In this document: positions 8,894 to 18,714 of the stretch, piece by piece | Position numbering within the stretch: position 1 is the first letter of the stretch | How the letters are laid out: every line of letters starts with the position of its first letter | The notes under the pieces: generated by a model | Databases searched by the model: none | What the model was told of the DNA's origin: nothing | Seen by the model: only the letters and a program-made list of their open reading frames with translations | NCBI GenBank assembly: GCA_017507585.1 | Contig: JAFWAN010000003.1 | Span: 1-60,226, forward strand | Reading direction: 5' to 3' | Source: Clostridia bacterium | GTDB lineage: Bacteria; Bacillota; Clostridia; Christensenellales; Borkfalkiaceae | Length of the DNA: 60,226 bases | Made by a program: the position numbers and the translations under genes

Positions 8894-9955
8894 ATGGAGA
8901 TAGATATGATCAACGGCGATTTGTGTCACGAGCTTTTGATAGAAAAGACAAAACCGCAGCTTTCCTTTGATAAAAAGTCGGATTATGCGGCGTGGAAACG
9001 TCAATTAAAAGAAAAATTTATCGAGCTGTCAGGGTTGGATTTGATTGCAGAAAACGCTTGTGCACCGCAATTTGAGATAGTTTCCAAAGCCACAAAAGAC
9101 GGCTATCAACAGATTCGTTTCGAATTTTACAGCGAAGGCGGGGAAAGGGTGCCTTGTTATTTGCTGATACCTGACGGGGATAAGGAAAAATATCCCGTTG
9201 CAATTACGCAGCAGGGACATTCGTTCGGGTTTCACATTTCGATTGGCGAATTTAAAAACGAGCAAGAAAAAGAGCTGTACGGCGATTCTGATTTTGCGGT
9301 ACAAGCCGTAAGGCGCGGTTTTATTGCGTTGGCGATAGAAAACCGCGGGATGGGCGAAAGAATGGCAACGCGGGTAAGCCGTGAAAGTATGGTCAACTGC
9401 CGTTTTGCCTCGGTGACTGCGCTGTCGTTAGGGCGCACGCTGATTGCCGAACGCGTTTGGGACGTTATGCGCGCCATCGATATGCTGTCGAACTTTCCGC
9501 AGTGTGATTTGGATAAGATTTTGATTACGGGGAATTCGGGCGGCGGTACGCTGTCCTATTATGCGGCGTGCTTGGACGAACGTATCAAGCTGTCCGTACC
9601 GAGTTGTGCGTTCAGCCCGTATAAAACTTCTATTCTCGATATTATACATTGTAATTGCAATTACATTCCGTCAGCGTACAGATATTTCGAAATGCAGGAT
9701 TTGGCGGCGTTAATTGCCCCCAGACGCTTGATTTTGGTCAACGGTGAAAAAGACGACATCTTCCCCGTGGAAGGCGTTAAAGAGGGTTTTAAAACGGTAA
9801 AATCGATTTATGAGGCGTGTGGCGTAGCCGACCGTTGTGAATTGGCTGTTACGCCGCTGGCCCACAAATGGTGTGAGGACATTGTTTGGGATAATATTTT
9901 AGCAGCAGTAAAAGAAATGGGTTGGCTTTCAAAAAACAGCCGATGTGAAAAATAG
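8894..9955 (+). CDS. Alpha/beta-hydrolase fold esterase (acetyl-xylan-esterase / dienelactone-hydrolase-like)
   Basis: GXSXG nucleophile elbow in ITGNSGGGTL. Candidate acid and base residues lie in EKDDIFP and PLAHKW. GAGGAG RBS 6 nt upstream. No signal peptide. Confidence 0.7.
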   Translation: MEIDMINGDLCHELLIEKTKPQLSFDKKSDYAAWKRQLKEKFIELSGLDLIAENACAPQFEIVSKATKDGYQQIRFEFYSEGGERVPCYLLIPDGDKEKYPVAITQQGHSFGFHISIGEFKNEQEKELYGDSDFAVQAVRRGFIALAIENRGMGERMATRVSRESMVNCRFASVTALSLGRTLIAERVWDVMRAIDMLSNFPQCDLDKILITGNSGGGTLSYYAACLDERIKLSVPSCAFSPYKTSILDIIHCNCNYIPSAYRYFEMQDLAALIAPRRLILVNGEKDDIFPVEGVKEGFKTVKSIYEACGVADRCELAVTPLAHKWCEDIVWDNILAAVKEMGWLSKNSRCEK

Positions 9956-9958
9956 GAT

Positions 9959-11611
9959 ATGAAAATTATGAGATTATTTGAAGAAAAGAGAAGAAAGGAA
10001 TATATGCTTCCCGTAAAAATCGTGGAGGTAGAAGGAAACGTATATAAGCCTGAAAATCTTTTAAAAGGCAATTTTATGGAACAAAATATGTTTGATTTTC
10101 CCGACTTTTGCGAATTTAATGGGAAAGGACATATTATTTTCGATTTCGGAAGAGAATATTTCGGCGGGATACGTTTATTTTTTCATTCTAACGGATACCC
10201 CAACTTAAAGCCCTATTTGCGTATTCGCTTTGGCGAATCCTTGGGCGAATGTTGCAGTGAGGTAGGCGAGAAAAATTCGACAAATGACCATTCTACAAGA
10301 GATATGGTTTGTTATATGCCGCCCAATTCTGATATGGAATGGGGTGCAACGGGCTACAGATTCGTTCGCTTGGATTTCTTGGAAGAGGGGATTTTCCGCT
10401 TGAATAGAGTGTACGGTACCTACGTACATTCGGAATCGGATCCTATTGGCAGCTTCGAATGTGACAATCCGCTCGTCAACGATATTTTCAATACGGCGGC
10501 GCATACGTTGCATTTGAATATGCAAAATTGTGTTTGGGACGGGGTAAAAAGAGACCAGCATATTTGGTGCGGCGATTTGTATCCTGAAATTTTGGGTATA
10601 CTCTATCTTTACGGAAATTGCCGTGAATTGGAAAATACCTTCGATTATACGATACAATATCACCCAAAAGAACGTTGGCTCAACAATATACCCTTGTATA
10701 ATATGTGGCTCTTACTGTGTATGAAGGAATATTTCAGTAAGACAGGAAAGGTTAAAAAGGAATATTTAGAATATGCGAAGGAAACCCTTTGCGTATTGAA
10801 AAAATGTATCAATGAAGACGGGTCGTTGACGTTTGAAAAGGGCGGTTTGCACTACAACAATCCTTACTACTTTGATTGGCCCAGCCATAAAACACCCGAC
10901 AGCGTATTTGCTTGTTACGCGACGACGTTATATACGATGCGTCAATTGATTGGTTGTGCATATTTCGGCGAGGAAAATATTGCGCTCGCTTCAGAGATTG
11001 AAAAGGCTCTTTCCAAGAAGACAAAAGAAAACTCTGGTTTCAAAGCCATCTCCGCATTGGGTGTGTTGGTCGATAAAAGCGATCGAGAAAAAGCGCTTAA
11101 TTTGATTAGAAATAACGGCGCAAGCGGCTATTCTATCTTTATGACCTATTTCATTTCCAAAGCGTTGACGGAGAACGGTTACGTACAGGAAGCATTTGAC
11201 AACAACCTGCAATATTACGGCGGAATGCTTCAGATGGGCGCGACGTCTTTCTGGGAAGGATTTGAAGTGGAATGGATGGAAAATGCCTGCAAGATCACGG
11301 AAAGACCGCAAAAGGGGCAACGTGAAGTGCACGGTGATTTTGGTAAGCCTTGCTACGTTGGGTACAGAAACAGTCTTGCGCACGGTTGGAGCTGCGGCGT
11401 GCTTGCGTTTATCATCGAAACAGTCGTAGGCTTCCAGTTTAGCGACAGCGATTGCACCAAGTTTACATTGAAACCCAATCTGTGCGGCTTAAAGCATATT
11501 CACTGCAAAATCCCGACGGTAAAAGGGATTGTGGATATCGAGCTGACCCAGAAAGAAGATGGGGTAGAAACGAAACTTAATGTCCCTGATGGGCTTACGC
11601 AGATCGCGTAA
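9959..11611 (+). CDS. GH78-like (alpha-L-rhamnosidase-related) six-hairpin glycoside hydrolase, paralog A
   Basis: Motifs WDGVKRDQHIWCGDLYPE and GATSFWEGF...SLAHGWSCG match the rhamnosidase six-hairpin domain pattern and are shared with the ORF at 14172-15800. The start is uncertain: an alternative ATG at 10004 has an AAGGAA RBS. Confidence 0.65.
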   Translation: MKIMRLFEEKRRKEYMLPVKIVEVEGNVYKPENLLKGNFMEQNMFDFPDFCEFNGKGHIIFDFGREYFGGIRLFFHSNGYPNLKPYLRIRFGESLGECCSEVGEKNSTNDHSTRDMVCYMPPNSDMEWGATGYRFVRLDFLEEGIFRLNRVYGTYVHSESDPIGSFECDNPLVNDIFNTAAHTLHLNMQNCVWDGVKRDQHIWCGDLYPEILGILYLYGNCRELENTFDYTIQYHPKERWLNNIPLYNMWLLLCMKEYFSKTGKVKKEYLEYAKETLCVLKKCINEDGSLTFEKGGLHYNNPYYFDWPSHKTPDSVFACYATTLYTMRQLIGCAYFGEENIALASEIEKALSKKTKENSGFKAISALGVLVDKSDREKALNLIRNNGASGYSIFMTYFISKALTENGYVQEAFDNNLQYYGGMLQMGATSFWEGFEVEWMENACKITERPQKGQREVHGDFGKPCYVGYRNSLAHGWSCGVLAFIIETVVGFQFSDSDCTKFTLKPNLCGLKHIHCKIPTVKGIVDIELTQKEDGVETKLNVPDGLTQIA

Positions 11612-11647
11612 GTTTATGCGATTATATTTGTGGCAAGGAGCGGTAAA

Positions 11648-12508
11648 ATGAAGATATCTACGGAAATTCAGTCGGCGGCGAAGATTATAGGGGAGGAAAA
11701 AGCGGTAGAACTGATTGCGAAAGCAGGGTTTGACGCTTGGGATTTTTCCCTTTTTTCGATGTGTTCCTATGATTGGAGCACGCGTAGCCTTCGCCCTTCT
11801 CAGCATCCCTTAGCGGGGAAGAACGCCATTGATTTTGCCAAGAAGCTAAAAAAAATAGGGCTGGATAACGGCATTGTGTGCAATCAGTCGCACGCGCCGT
11901 TTCCCTCTTCTTGCGCGGATATTCGTAGCAAGTTTCAACTGGCGATAGAATGCACGGCGGAGGCAGGCGGAAATATTTGCGTCATTCATCCGGATAATAA
12001 TAAGAACGCGCAGGAAAATGCAGAAATGTATTGCGAGCTTTTGCCGTTTGCGAAATCCTGCGGGGTAAAAATTGCCACGGAAAATATGTGGGATTGGGAC
12101 AATACAAAGGATCAGGCTGCGCCTGCCGCTTGTTCTTCGCCGCACAGCTTTTTACAGCATTTAAACGCGGTCGACGACGAGTATTTTGTGGCGTGTTTAG
12201 ACATTGGTCACGCAGAAATGAAGGGATTGAATACCAACGCGGTGGAAATGATTTTGGCTCTTTCGGGAAAGCTGCAAGCATTGCACTTGCACGATAATGA
12301 TTTGTGGCACGATTCTCATCAAATTCCCTTTTCAATGCGGATAGATTTTGAAGGGATTGTAAGGGCGTTAAAGCAAATCGGCTATTGCGGCGATTTTACG
12401 TTGGAGGCAGACGCTTATCTTGGCAGTTACGACAAGGGTACCGTTTTTGAAGGGATCAAAAACTTGGCGGATGCGGCAAAAAAATTGCGGGATTTATATC
12501 TTCAATAA
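11648..12508 (+). CDS. Sugar phosphate isomerase/epimerase (xylose-isomerase-like TIM barrel)
   Basis: Pattern AGFDAWDF ... IATENM ... CLDIGHAE ... LHLHDN is typical of the AP_endonuc_2/TIM-barrel family. I chose the ATG at 11648 because AGGAG sits 9 nt upstream; the GTG at 11630 in the ORF track has no RBS. Confidence 0.7.
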   Translation: MKISTEIQSAAKIIGEEKAVELIAKAGFDAWDFSLFSMCSYDWSTRSLRPSQHPLAGKNAIDFAKKLKKIGLDNGIVCNQSHAPFPSSCADIRSKFQLAIECTAEAGGNICVIHPDNNKNAQENAEMYCELLPFAKSCGVKIATENMWDWDNTKDQAAPAACSSPHSFLQHLNAVDDEYFVACLDIGHAEMKGLNTNAVEMILALSGKLQALHLHDNDLWHDSHQIPFSMRIDFEGIVRALKQIGYCGDFTLEADAYLGSYDKGTVFEGIKNLADAAKKLRDLYLQ

Positions 12509-12541
12509 ACAACGGCTTTATCTAAGATGTAAGGAGAAATT

Positions 12542-14149
12542 ATGGAGAAAAAGTACTTTGGCGCAATGCTCGATATGTCCAGAAACGGCGTTATGAAACC
12601 CGAGCAGGTGAAAAACTTTGCAAAAATTATACGTTCCTTTGGTTATAATATGCTGCAGTTATATACGGAAGACACCTACGAAGTAGACGGGGAACCGTAT
12701 TTTGGCTATATGCGCGGAAGATATACAAAAGAGGAATTGAAGGATATCAACGCATATTGTACTTCTATTGGGATAGAATTGATCCCCTGCATACAGACGT
12801 TGGCGCATTTGAATGCGATTTTCCGTTGGGAGGATTACCGTCCGATCAACGACGTCAACGATATTTTGCTTGTTGGGGAAGAAAGAACGTATCAGCTTAT
12901 TGATAATATGTTCAAAACCTTGCGCGAATGTTTTTCCTCTGAATATATACATATCGGTATGGACGAAGCGCATATGCTGGGGCTTGGAAAATATCTTGAT
13001 AAACACGGGAAAAAGGAAAGCCGTTTTGAAATTTTGAGAAAGCATTTGGATAAAGTGTTGGAAATTGCGAAGGCGTATGGATTTAAACCGATGATGTGGT
13101 CGGATATGTTCTTCCGTTTGGATAACGGTGGAGAATATTACGGTGAAAACCTTGTGCTTTCTGAGGAAGTAAAAGCAAGCGTGCCTAAGGAAGTAGAGTT
13201 GGTCTATTGGGATTATTACCACGATAAAAAGCCTTTTTATCATTCGATGATTCGTTCGCATAAAGAACTGAGCGATAAAATTTGGTTTGCAGGCGGTGCC
13301 TGGTGCTGGATGGGCTTTGCATCGGGAAACGTGTATACGATGAAGACAATGGTGCCGGCTATGCAGGCTTGCCGTGAAGAAGGGGTGCAAAACGTGTTTA
13401 TCACCCTTTGGGGGGACGATGGTAAAGAATGTTCTTATTATTCGTTGTTGCCCTCCTTGTACGCCTTGAAACGTATTTATGATGGTGAAGAAAACATCGA
13501 TAAGATCAAGGCGGAATTTAAAACGCTTACGGGCGAAGATTATGACGATATGTTCGCATTGGATCTTCCTAACCTTGTCGGTGGGAATCAATCGATTATT
13601 CGCAACGTATCCAAAACGATGCTGTATAACGATCTTTTCCTTGGGATGAGTGATTCTGCGGTAAAGTTGGGTATAGCAAAAGAGTATAAAAATCACGCAA
13701 GACGGCTTGCAAAAATTGCAAAAATAAGCAAATACGGCTATATTTTCGATTGTTCTGCAAAGCTTTGCGACGTGCTTTCCGTAAAATATGATTTGGGTTA
13801 TAAATTGCGCAAAGCATATCAGGCAAACGATAAGGAAGGCTTGACCGCTCTTGTAGGAGATATTGTCAAAGTTGAGAGAAAGTTTGAAAAATTTTATCTT
13901 TCGTTCCGCAATCTTTGGCACACGGAAAATAAACCGCACGGGTTTGACGCGATGGATTTCAGACTCGGTGGGGTAAAGATGCGCTTACGCTCGTGTAGGG
14001 AAAGATTAGAGGCGTATTTAAACGGTACAATCGACTGTATTTCTGAATTGGAGGAAGAATTGTTAGACGTATTTGGCTTGGGGAAGGATTTTGCAGATGC
14101 AACGCCGTTTTTGCATAGTTGGAAACTGATTTCACCCAACGTTATTTAA
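12542..14149 (+). CDS. GH20 beta-N-acetylhexosaminidase-like glycoside hydrolase
   Basis: N-terminal MLDMSRNGV...NMLQLYTEDT and the HIGMDEAH motif (the H-x-G-x-D-E catalytic pair of GH20). AAGGAG RBS. No signal peptide. Confidence 0.8.
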   Translation: MEKKYFGAMLDMSRNGVMKPEQVKNFAKIIRSFGYNMLQLYTEDTYEVDGEPYFGYMRGRYTKEELKDINAYCTSIGIELIPCIQTLAHLNAIFRWEDYRPINDVNDILLVGEERTYQLIDNMFKTLRECFSSEYIHIGMDEAHMLGLGKYLDKHGKKESRFEILRKHLDKVLEIAKAYGFKPMMWSDMFFRLDNGGEYYGENLVLSEEVKASVPKEVELVYWDYYHDKKPFYHSMIRSHKELSDKIWFAGGAWCWMGFASGNVYTMKTMVPAMQACREEGVQNVFITLWGDDGKECSYYSLLPSLYALKRIYDGEENIDKIKAEFKTLTGEDYDDMFALDLPNLVGGNQSIIRNVSKTMLYNDLFLGMSDSAVKLGIAKEYKNHARRLAKIAKISKYGYIFDCSAKLCDVLSVKYDLGYKLRKAYQANDKEGLTALVGDIVKVERKFEKFYLSFRNLWHTENKPHGFDAMDFRLGGVKMRLRSCRERLEAYLNGTIDCISELEEELLDVFGLGKDFADATPFLHSWKLISPNVI

Positions 14150-14171
14150 TGGATGACTTTTTAAATGTGCT

Positions 14172-15800
14172 ATGAAGCAAATAAATGTGAACAAGTTAAA
14201 TTTTAAAAATATCATAGCAAAACATAATGCAAGCGGATTGGATATTTTATATGCAAACGGATTGAAAAAATCACATATTTTTTATTGCGATTGCTGCACG
14301 ATTGAAAAGGGCGGATATATTGTTTTGGATTTCGGTCAAGAAATATGCGGCAGAGCACATTTAGTTTTTCAATTTCAGTCCGCGCCGTCAAAAATAAGGG
14401 TTCGCTTGGGCGAATCGGTTTATGAAGCGTGCGCAGAATTGGGCGAGAAAAACGCCGGAAATTATCACTCCTTACGAGATTACACGTTTGATAGTGTTTC
14501 TTGGGCGGATATTTCGACCAGCGAAAGCGGTTTTCGTTTTGTAAGGATAGACGTTCTTACAGGCGAGGCGTTGAAACTCTCTGCCGTATATGCGGAAGAA
14601 ATGCTTAACGGGTTAGAAATAAAAGGTAGTTTTGCTTGTGAGGATTCGCAGCTACAGCAGATATATATGGCGGCGGAAAAGACGTTGGCACTTTGTGTTC
14701 GCCCCGATGATATTTGGGATGGGGTCAAAAGGGATCGCGTTATGTGGATAGGCGATTTTTATCCCGAGTTGGTAGGTGCGGCTGCGATTTATGGGAATAT
14801 TCCGCAGTTTGAGCAAGCTCTTGCGTCTATTACTGATTTTAAAGGCAAGTGGGTCAATCAAATTCCTTCCTATTCAGGATGGTGGATTATATGCTTACAT
14901 AAATATTATCAGCTCTTTGGAGAAGAAGAATTTGTGGCGAGTATGATGCCTTACGTTCAGGAGGTTGTGGACGCTTTTTCTGTCATCATCAAAGAAAAGG
15001 GAGAGGTTTCTTATCAAGAAAATAAGCTTGAATATTATATTGAAAACGAATTTTTTATCGATTGGCCAACAAATTTGACGGCAGATAGCGAAACGGGCTG
15101 GAGATATCTTATCATCATTGCTTTAAAAAAGGCAAAAGAGCTTTTTGAGAAGTTTTCTTATCCGTGCGATACTGTGGAGAGCTTATTGAAAAAATTGTTG
15201 GAATATACCTATAAGCCTTCTGCGTTTAAGCAAGTAACGGCATTGGGCGTTTTGGCGGATATGATTCCTAAAGAAGAAGCGTTGGCACTGCTGAAAAAAG
15301 ACGGCACAGACGGTATGACTTCATTTATGGGCTGTATCGTGATTGAGGCCCTGCAAAAATTGGGCGAAACGGATTTTATTATACAGCTTATAAAAACGTA
15401 CTTTGGCGCTATGGTTTCCTTGGGCGCAACGACTTTTTGGGAAGATTTTGATATGCAATGGTTGAAGGATGATCCTATGCCATTGACGGCAATGCCCGAC
15501 GAAAGTAGAAAGAATATACACGCAGATTATGGAAAATTCTGTTATACGGGGTTGCGCCACAGCTTGTGTCACGGTTGGTCGTCCGGTTTTGTTCAAACGT
15601 TCTACAATTACGTTTTAGGCGTGCAAACGGAGGACGGTTACGCAACCATAAAAATACAACCGCATTTGTGCGGGTTGCAATCGGTGGAGGGTAAAATCCC
15701 GACGAAATACGGGATTATATCGATTAAACACGAAATGATCGATGGAAAAATTTGTACGATTTCAAATATACCCGAACAGATAAAGGTAATCGTTTCATAG
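14172..15800 (+). CDS. GH78-like (alpha-L-rhamnosidase-related) six-hairpin glycoside hydrolase, paralog B
   Basis: Motifs WDGVKRDRVMWIGDFYPE and GATTFWEDF...SLCHGWSSG. Colinear with paralog A. Confidence 0.65.
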   Translation: MKQINVNKLNFKNIIAKHNASGLDILYANGLKKSHIFYCDCCTIEKGGYIVLDFGQEICGRAHLVFQFQSAPSKIRVRLGESVYEACAELGEKNAGNYHSLRDYTFDSVSWADISTSESGFRFVRIDVLTGEALKLSAVYAEEMLNGLEIKGSFACEDSQLQQIYMAAEKTLALCVRPDDIWDGVKRDRVMWIGDFYPELVGAAAIYGNIPQFEQALASITDFKGKWVNQIPSYSGWWIICLHKYYQLFGEEEFVASMMPYVQEVVDAFSVIIKEKGEVSYQENKLEYYIENEFFIDWPTNLTADSETGWRYLIIIALKKAKELFEKFSYPCDTVESLLKKLLEYTYKPSAFKQVTALGVLADMIPKEEALALLKKDGTDGMTSFMGCIVIEALQKLGETDFIIQLIKTYFGAMVSLGATTFWEDFDMQWLKDDPMPLTAMPDESRKNIHADYGKFCYTGLRHSLCHGWSSGFVQTFYNYVLGVQTEDGYATIKIQPHLCGLQSVEGKIPTKYGIISIKHEMIDGKICTISNIPEQIKVIVS

Positions 15801-15943
15801 GCGCATAAAAGGGACCGAGTGTAAAACAAGTGGGCAGGTACGCGTTGAAATAGTTTTATCTGCGGTTAGAGTGTGTGGACACGGTGGGTTATAAAGATTT
15901 TGATGGTGCATCGAACCGCTGAATTGAGGAGTATAAATTCGCG

Positions 15944-16852
15944 ATGAGGAAACAAATATTTATTGATACCGATATGGGGTCGGATTGCGATGACGTTGCC
16001 GCAGTTGCGATTTTAGCGCATTTCCATAGGTTGGGTAAAATAAACATACTTGGCGTATCGCATACGTCGGCAAACCCAAGAACGGTGGAATATTTGGATA
16101 TGGTTTGTCGTTTTTACGGCTGTGAAACGGAGTCGTTGGCAGCTGCAAGCGCAGAATGGGGAATCGGAGAATTTCGCGAAGGATTTTTCGACGACGTTTT
16201 GAAGGGCTTCGCTTTTCGCACGCCGTCGTGCCGTTTAAATGCGGTGCAGCTAATGCGAAAGCAATTATCGGCGGCAAAGGACGCAACGGTTTTGTGCATC
16301 GGGCCGTTGAATAATATGAGTCGATTTTTAGACAGTCAGCCGGATAAAATTTCGTCTTTAAGCGGTAAGGAAATCTTATCGCAAAACGTGAAAGAGGTCG
16401 TTGTCATGGGGGGGATCTTCAATGACAAGCGATACGATTTTTACGGTGAAGTCTTTGACGTGGAATATAACATTAAGCTTGATGCTTCCGCTTCAAAAAA
16501 ATTTATTGAAAATTGTCCAACGGAAATTACATTTGTGGAATTTGAGTTGGGCTACAACGTAAAAACCTTTGCAGATACGGTGGCGGCTGAGAAGGAAACG
16601 CCCATTCGGCGCGCATATCAATTGTTTCGCGTATGCGAGCGCGAAAGCTGGGATATCGTTGCGGCGTTGTATTGCATATTTGGCGAGAATGGGCATTATC
16701 GAGCGTCTGAAGAGGGTAAATGTGTTGTAGAAGAAAACGGGAAAACACATTTTTACAAGCAACAGGGCGGCCTTCATCGATACCTGATAGAAACGGAAAG
16801 CAAAGAAACGATTGTCAGGTATGTTCGGGAGCTTGAACACGAATTGTCATAG
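15944..16852 (+). CDS. Nucleoside hydrolase (IUNH family)-like protein
   Basis: N-terminal aspartate cluster IDTDMGSDCDDVAAV matches the DxDxxxDD signature of inosine-uridine-preferring nucleoside hydrolases. It lies directly upstream of ribokinase. Confidence 0.65.
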   Translation: MRKQIFIDTDMGSDCDDVAAVAILAHFHRLGKINILGVSHTSANPRTVEYLDMVCRFYGCETESLAAASAEWGIGEFREGFFDDVLKGFAFRTPSCRLNAVQLMRKQLSAAKDATVLCIGPLNNMSRFLDSQPDKISSLSGKEILSQNVKEVVVMGGIFNDKRYDFYGEVFDVEYNIKLDASASKKFIENCPTEITFVEFELGYNVKTFADTVAAEKETPIRRAYQLFRVCERESWDIVAALYCIFGENGHYRASEEGKCVVEENGKTHFYKQQGGLHRYLIETESKETIVRYVRELEHELS

Positions 16853-16862
16853 AGGGAAGATT

Positions 16863-17732
16863 ATGCGGAATATTTACGTGGTAGGCAGTGTGAATACGGA
16901 TTTGGTGATAAAAGCGCCTTATATGCCTGTGAGTGGAGAAACGTTGACAGGAGAAGGATTTTTCACAGCGCACGGAGGGAAAGGCGCAAACCAAGCGGTT
17001 GCGGCGGCTCGTTTAGGCGGAAATGTAATTATGTGCGCTTGCGTTGGAGACGACACCTTTGGGAAATCCGCCATCGAAGGGTTTAAGGCTGACGGTATAG
17101 ATACGCAGTATGTTCGTGTGGTGAAAAATATGCCATCCGGTACGGCAATGATCATTGTCGTAGACGGAGATAATCGTATTATCTTAGATAAGGGCGCAAA
17201 CGGCTGTCTTACCGAGCAGGACATCGATCAGGCACTTGAAAATGCGCAAGAGGGCGATATTTATCTGACACAGCTGGAAAATCCCATTGAAATTATTGGC
17301 TACGGCTTAAAAAAAGCCAAAGAGAAGGGAATGTACGTCATCCTCAATCCTGCACCTGCAAACAAAGAAATTAAACCATATTTGGGGTATTGTGATTTGA
17401 TTACGCCAAACGAAACGGAAGTGGATTCGTTGGGTGGCAGGGAAATGCTGCTTGAAAAAGTGGGGACCTTGCTTGTAACACTCGGCGGCGACGGTTTTGA
17501 AATTTTAACGAGAGAGGGCGGTCAGAAATATCCTTGTATCTCCATAAAGCCTGTGGATACAACGGCGGCGGGCGATACGTTCTGCGGCGGGCTGGTTACG
17601 ATGTTGGCAGAGGGAAAAACCTTGGAAGAAGCAGCCAAATTTGGCAGTAAAGCGGCGAGTATTGCTTGCACGAGGCAAGGCGCACAGCCGTCGATCCCGA
17701 CAAGAAAAGAAGTGGAAAGGTATGAGGGGTAA
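16863..17732 (+). CDS. rbsK: Ribokinase
   Basis: Motifs GSVNTDL, GGKGANQAVAAARLGG, PNETE and DTTAAGDTFCGG (PfkB/ribokinase signatures). ATG at 16863 has a GAGGGAAG RBS; I reject the longer ORF-track start at 16812. Confidence 0.85.
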   Translation: MRNIYVVGSVNTDLVIKAPYMPVSGETLTGEGFFTAHGGKGANQAVAAARLGGNVIMCACVGDDTFGKSAIEGFKADGIDTQYVRVVKNMPSGTAMIIVVDGDNRIILDKGANGCLTEQDIDQALENAQEGDIYLTQLENPIEIIGYGLKKAKEKGMYVILNPAPANKEIKPYLGYCDLITPNETEVDSLGGREMLLEKVGTLLVTLGGDGFEILTREGGQKYPCISIKPVDTTAAGDTFCGGLVTMLAEGKTLEEAAKFGSKAASIACTRQGAQPSIPTRKEVERYEG

Positions 17733-17795
17733 AACGGCTGTTGAAAATTGCCCCGAGAATGTGGAATAGGCAGTATTGATTGAATAACGTTAAAT

Positions 17796-17825
17796 AAAAC
17801 AGCGCCTTGTAAGAGGCGCTGTTTT
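17796..17825 (+). terminator. Rho-independent terminator after rbsK
   Basis: AAAACAGCGCCT-loop-AGGCGCTGTTTT hairpin with a 3' T-run. Confidence 0.7.
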
Positions 17826-17853
17826 CATCATAGAAGGGCTTTGCTTGCATAAT

Positions 17854-17884
17854 AAATCCCCGCGTGAAAACGCGGGGAGATTTA
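17854..17884 (-). terminator. Rho-independent terminator ending the minus-strand lipoprotein operon
   Basis: TCCCCGCG-TGAAAA-CGCGGGGA hairpin, followed on the minus strand by TTTATT. Confidence 0.65.
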
Positions 17885-17892
17885 TTATAAGC

Positions 17893-18651
17893 TTAAATTG
17901 AATAGGTAAAGGAGAAGAAATGTTCTCCGTTATCCAATGCGCCTACGGCGATGAGGATTTCATCGCCCGTTTTACAAGCAATCGACGTGGTCGTTCCACC
18001 CAAAGTTGCATCCGATGCAACGTAGCCGTTTTGCATAGAGATATTATTTTGAGGATACTCGCAAGAGATGGTAAACTCGCCGTCCTGGGTTGCAACCCAT
18101 TTATAATACACTGCGTTGTTTTGAGGGAGCTCCACAATCTGTTCGCCGCTGTCGCCTGTCAATTCGAACGGGTTCAATCTGGAACCGAGGGGATATACTG
18201 CTGTCAACGTCGTTTCAATTGCCTCGGTTGCATTATTCTTTACCGAGAAGATGGTAATACTGCCGATTTCAGGGATAATTGCGAAAGAAACGACTCCGTT
18301 TTCAGCGGTATACGTGGTGCCCTTATAAAGGACGGAGACGTTTTCATTTGCAATTTCAAACGTCAGGCTTTCGCTGCCGCGAGAGGCGAAATAGATTTCT
18401 TGACCTGCATCCAATTTTACCTCTGTAACGTCTTCCGCAATCCAGAAAGGGTCGTCCAAAGTACCGGCAGGGGCGTAAACGTATTCTTCGTCCGAGGAAG
18501 AGCTGCTTTCGCTCTCGCTCTCGCTGTCCGAAGCGGTTTCGCTGTTCACGCTCGACGAAAGGGAGGATACTTCATCATCGCCGTTACAAGCAGACAGAGA
18601 AAACGCGAAGGCCATTGCCAATAAAAATGTTAAAAAAGTTTTTATTTTCAT
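17893..18651 (-). CDS. Lipoprotein, 252 aa, with Ser/Glu-rich linker and two beta-sandwich-like modules
   Basis: MKIKTFLTFLLAMAFAFSLSAC has a lipobox. I chose the ATG at 18651 (AAGGAA RBS) over the longer ORF start. The SSLSSSVNSETASDSESESESSSSSDEE linker is followed by modules with EIYFASRGSESLTFEI and YYKWVATQDGEFTISC strands. Confidence 0.75.
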   Translation of the reverse strand: MKIKTFLTFLLAMAFAFSLSACNGDDEVSSLSSSVNSETASDSESESESSSSSDEEYVYAPAGTLDDPFWIAEDVTEVKLDAGQEIYFASRGSESLTFEIANENVSVLYKGTTYTAENGVVSFAIIPEIGSITIFSVKNNATEAIETTLTAVYPLGSRLNPFELTGDSGEQIVELPQNNAVYYKWVATQDGEFTISCEYPQNNISMQNGYVASDATLGGTTTSIACKTGDEILIAVGALDNGEHFFSFTYSI

Positions 18652-18669
18652 AGTGTGTTCCTTATTGTC

Positions 18670-18698
18670 TACCCCATACCTATGCAAGGTATGGGGTA
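18670..18698 (-). other. Intercistronic 11-bp stem-loop between the two lipoprotein genes, no T-tract
   Basis: TACCCCATACC-TATGCAA-GGTATGGGGTA is a perfect inverted repeat. Confidence 0.4.
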
Positions 18699-18714
18699 AG
18701 TATTTAGTTAGTGA

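Noticed and set aside
12659-13939. 426-aa ORF antisense to the GH20 gene
   Set aside because: It lies entirely inside a well-supported sense gene. Its product is low-complexity and rich in F/I/R/K (...FIFRVPKIAERKIKFFKL...) with no motif, RBS or promoter. This is a typical shadow ORF produced by the codon bias of the opposite strand.
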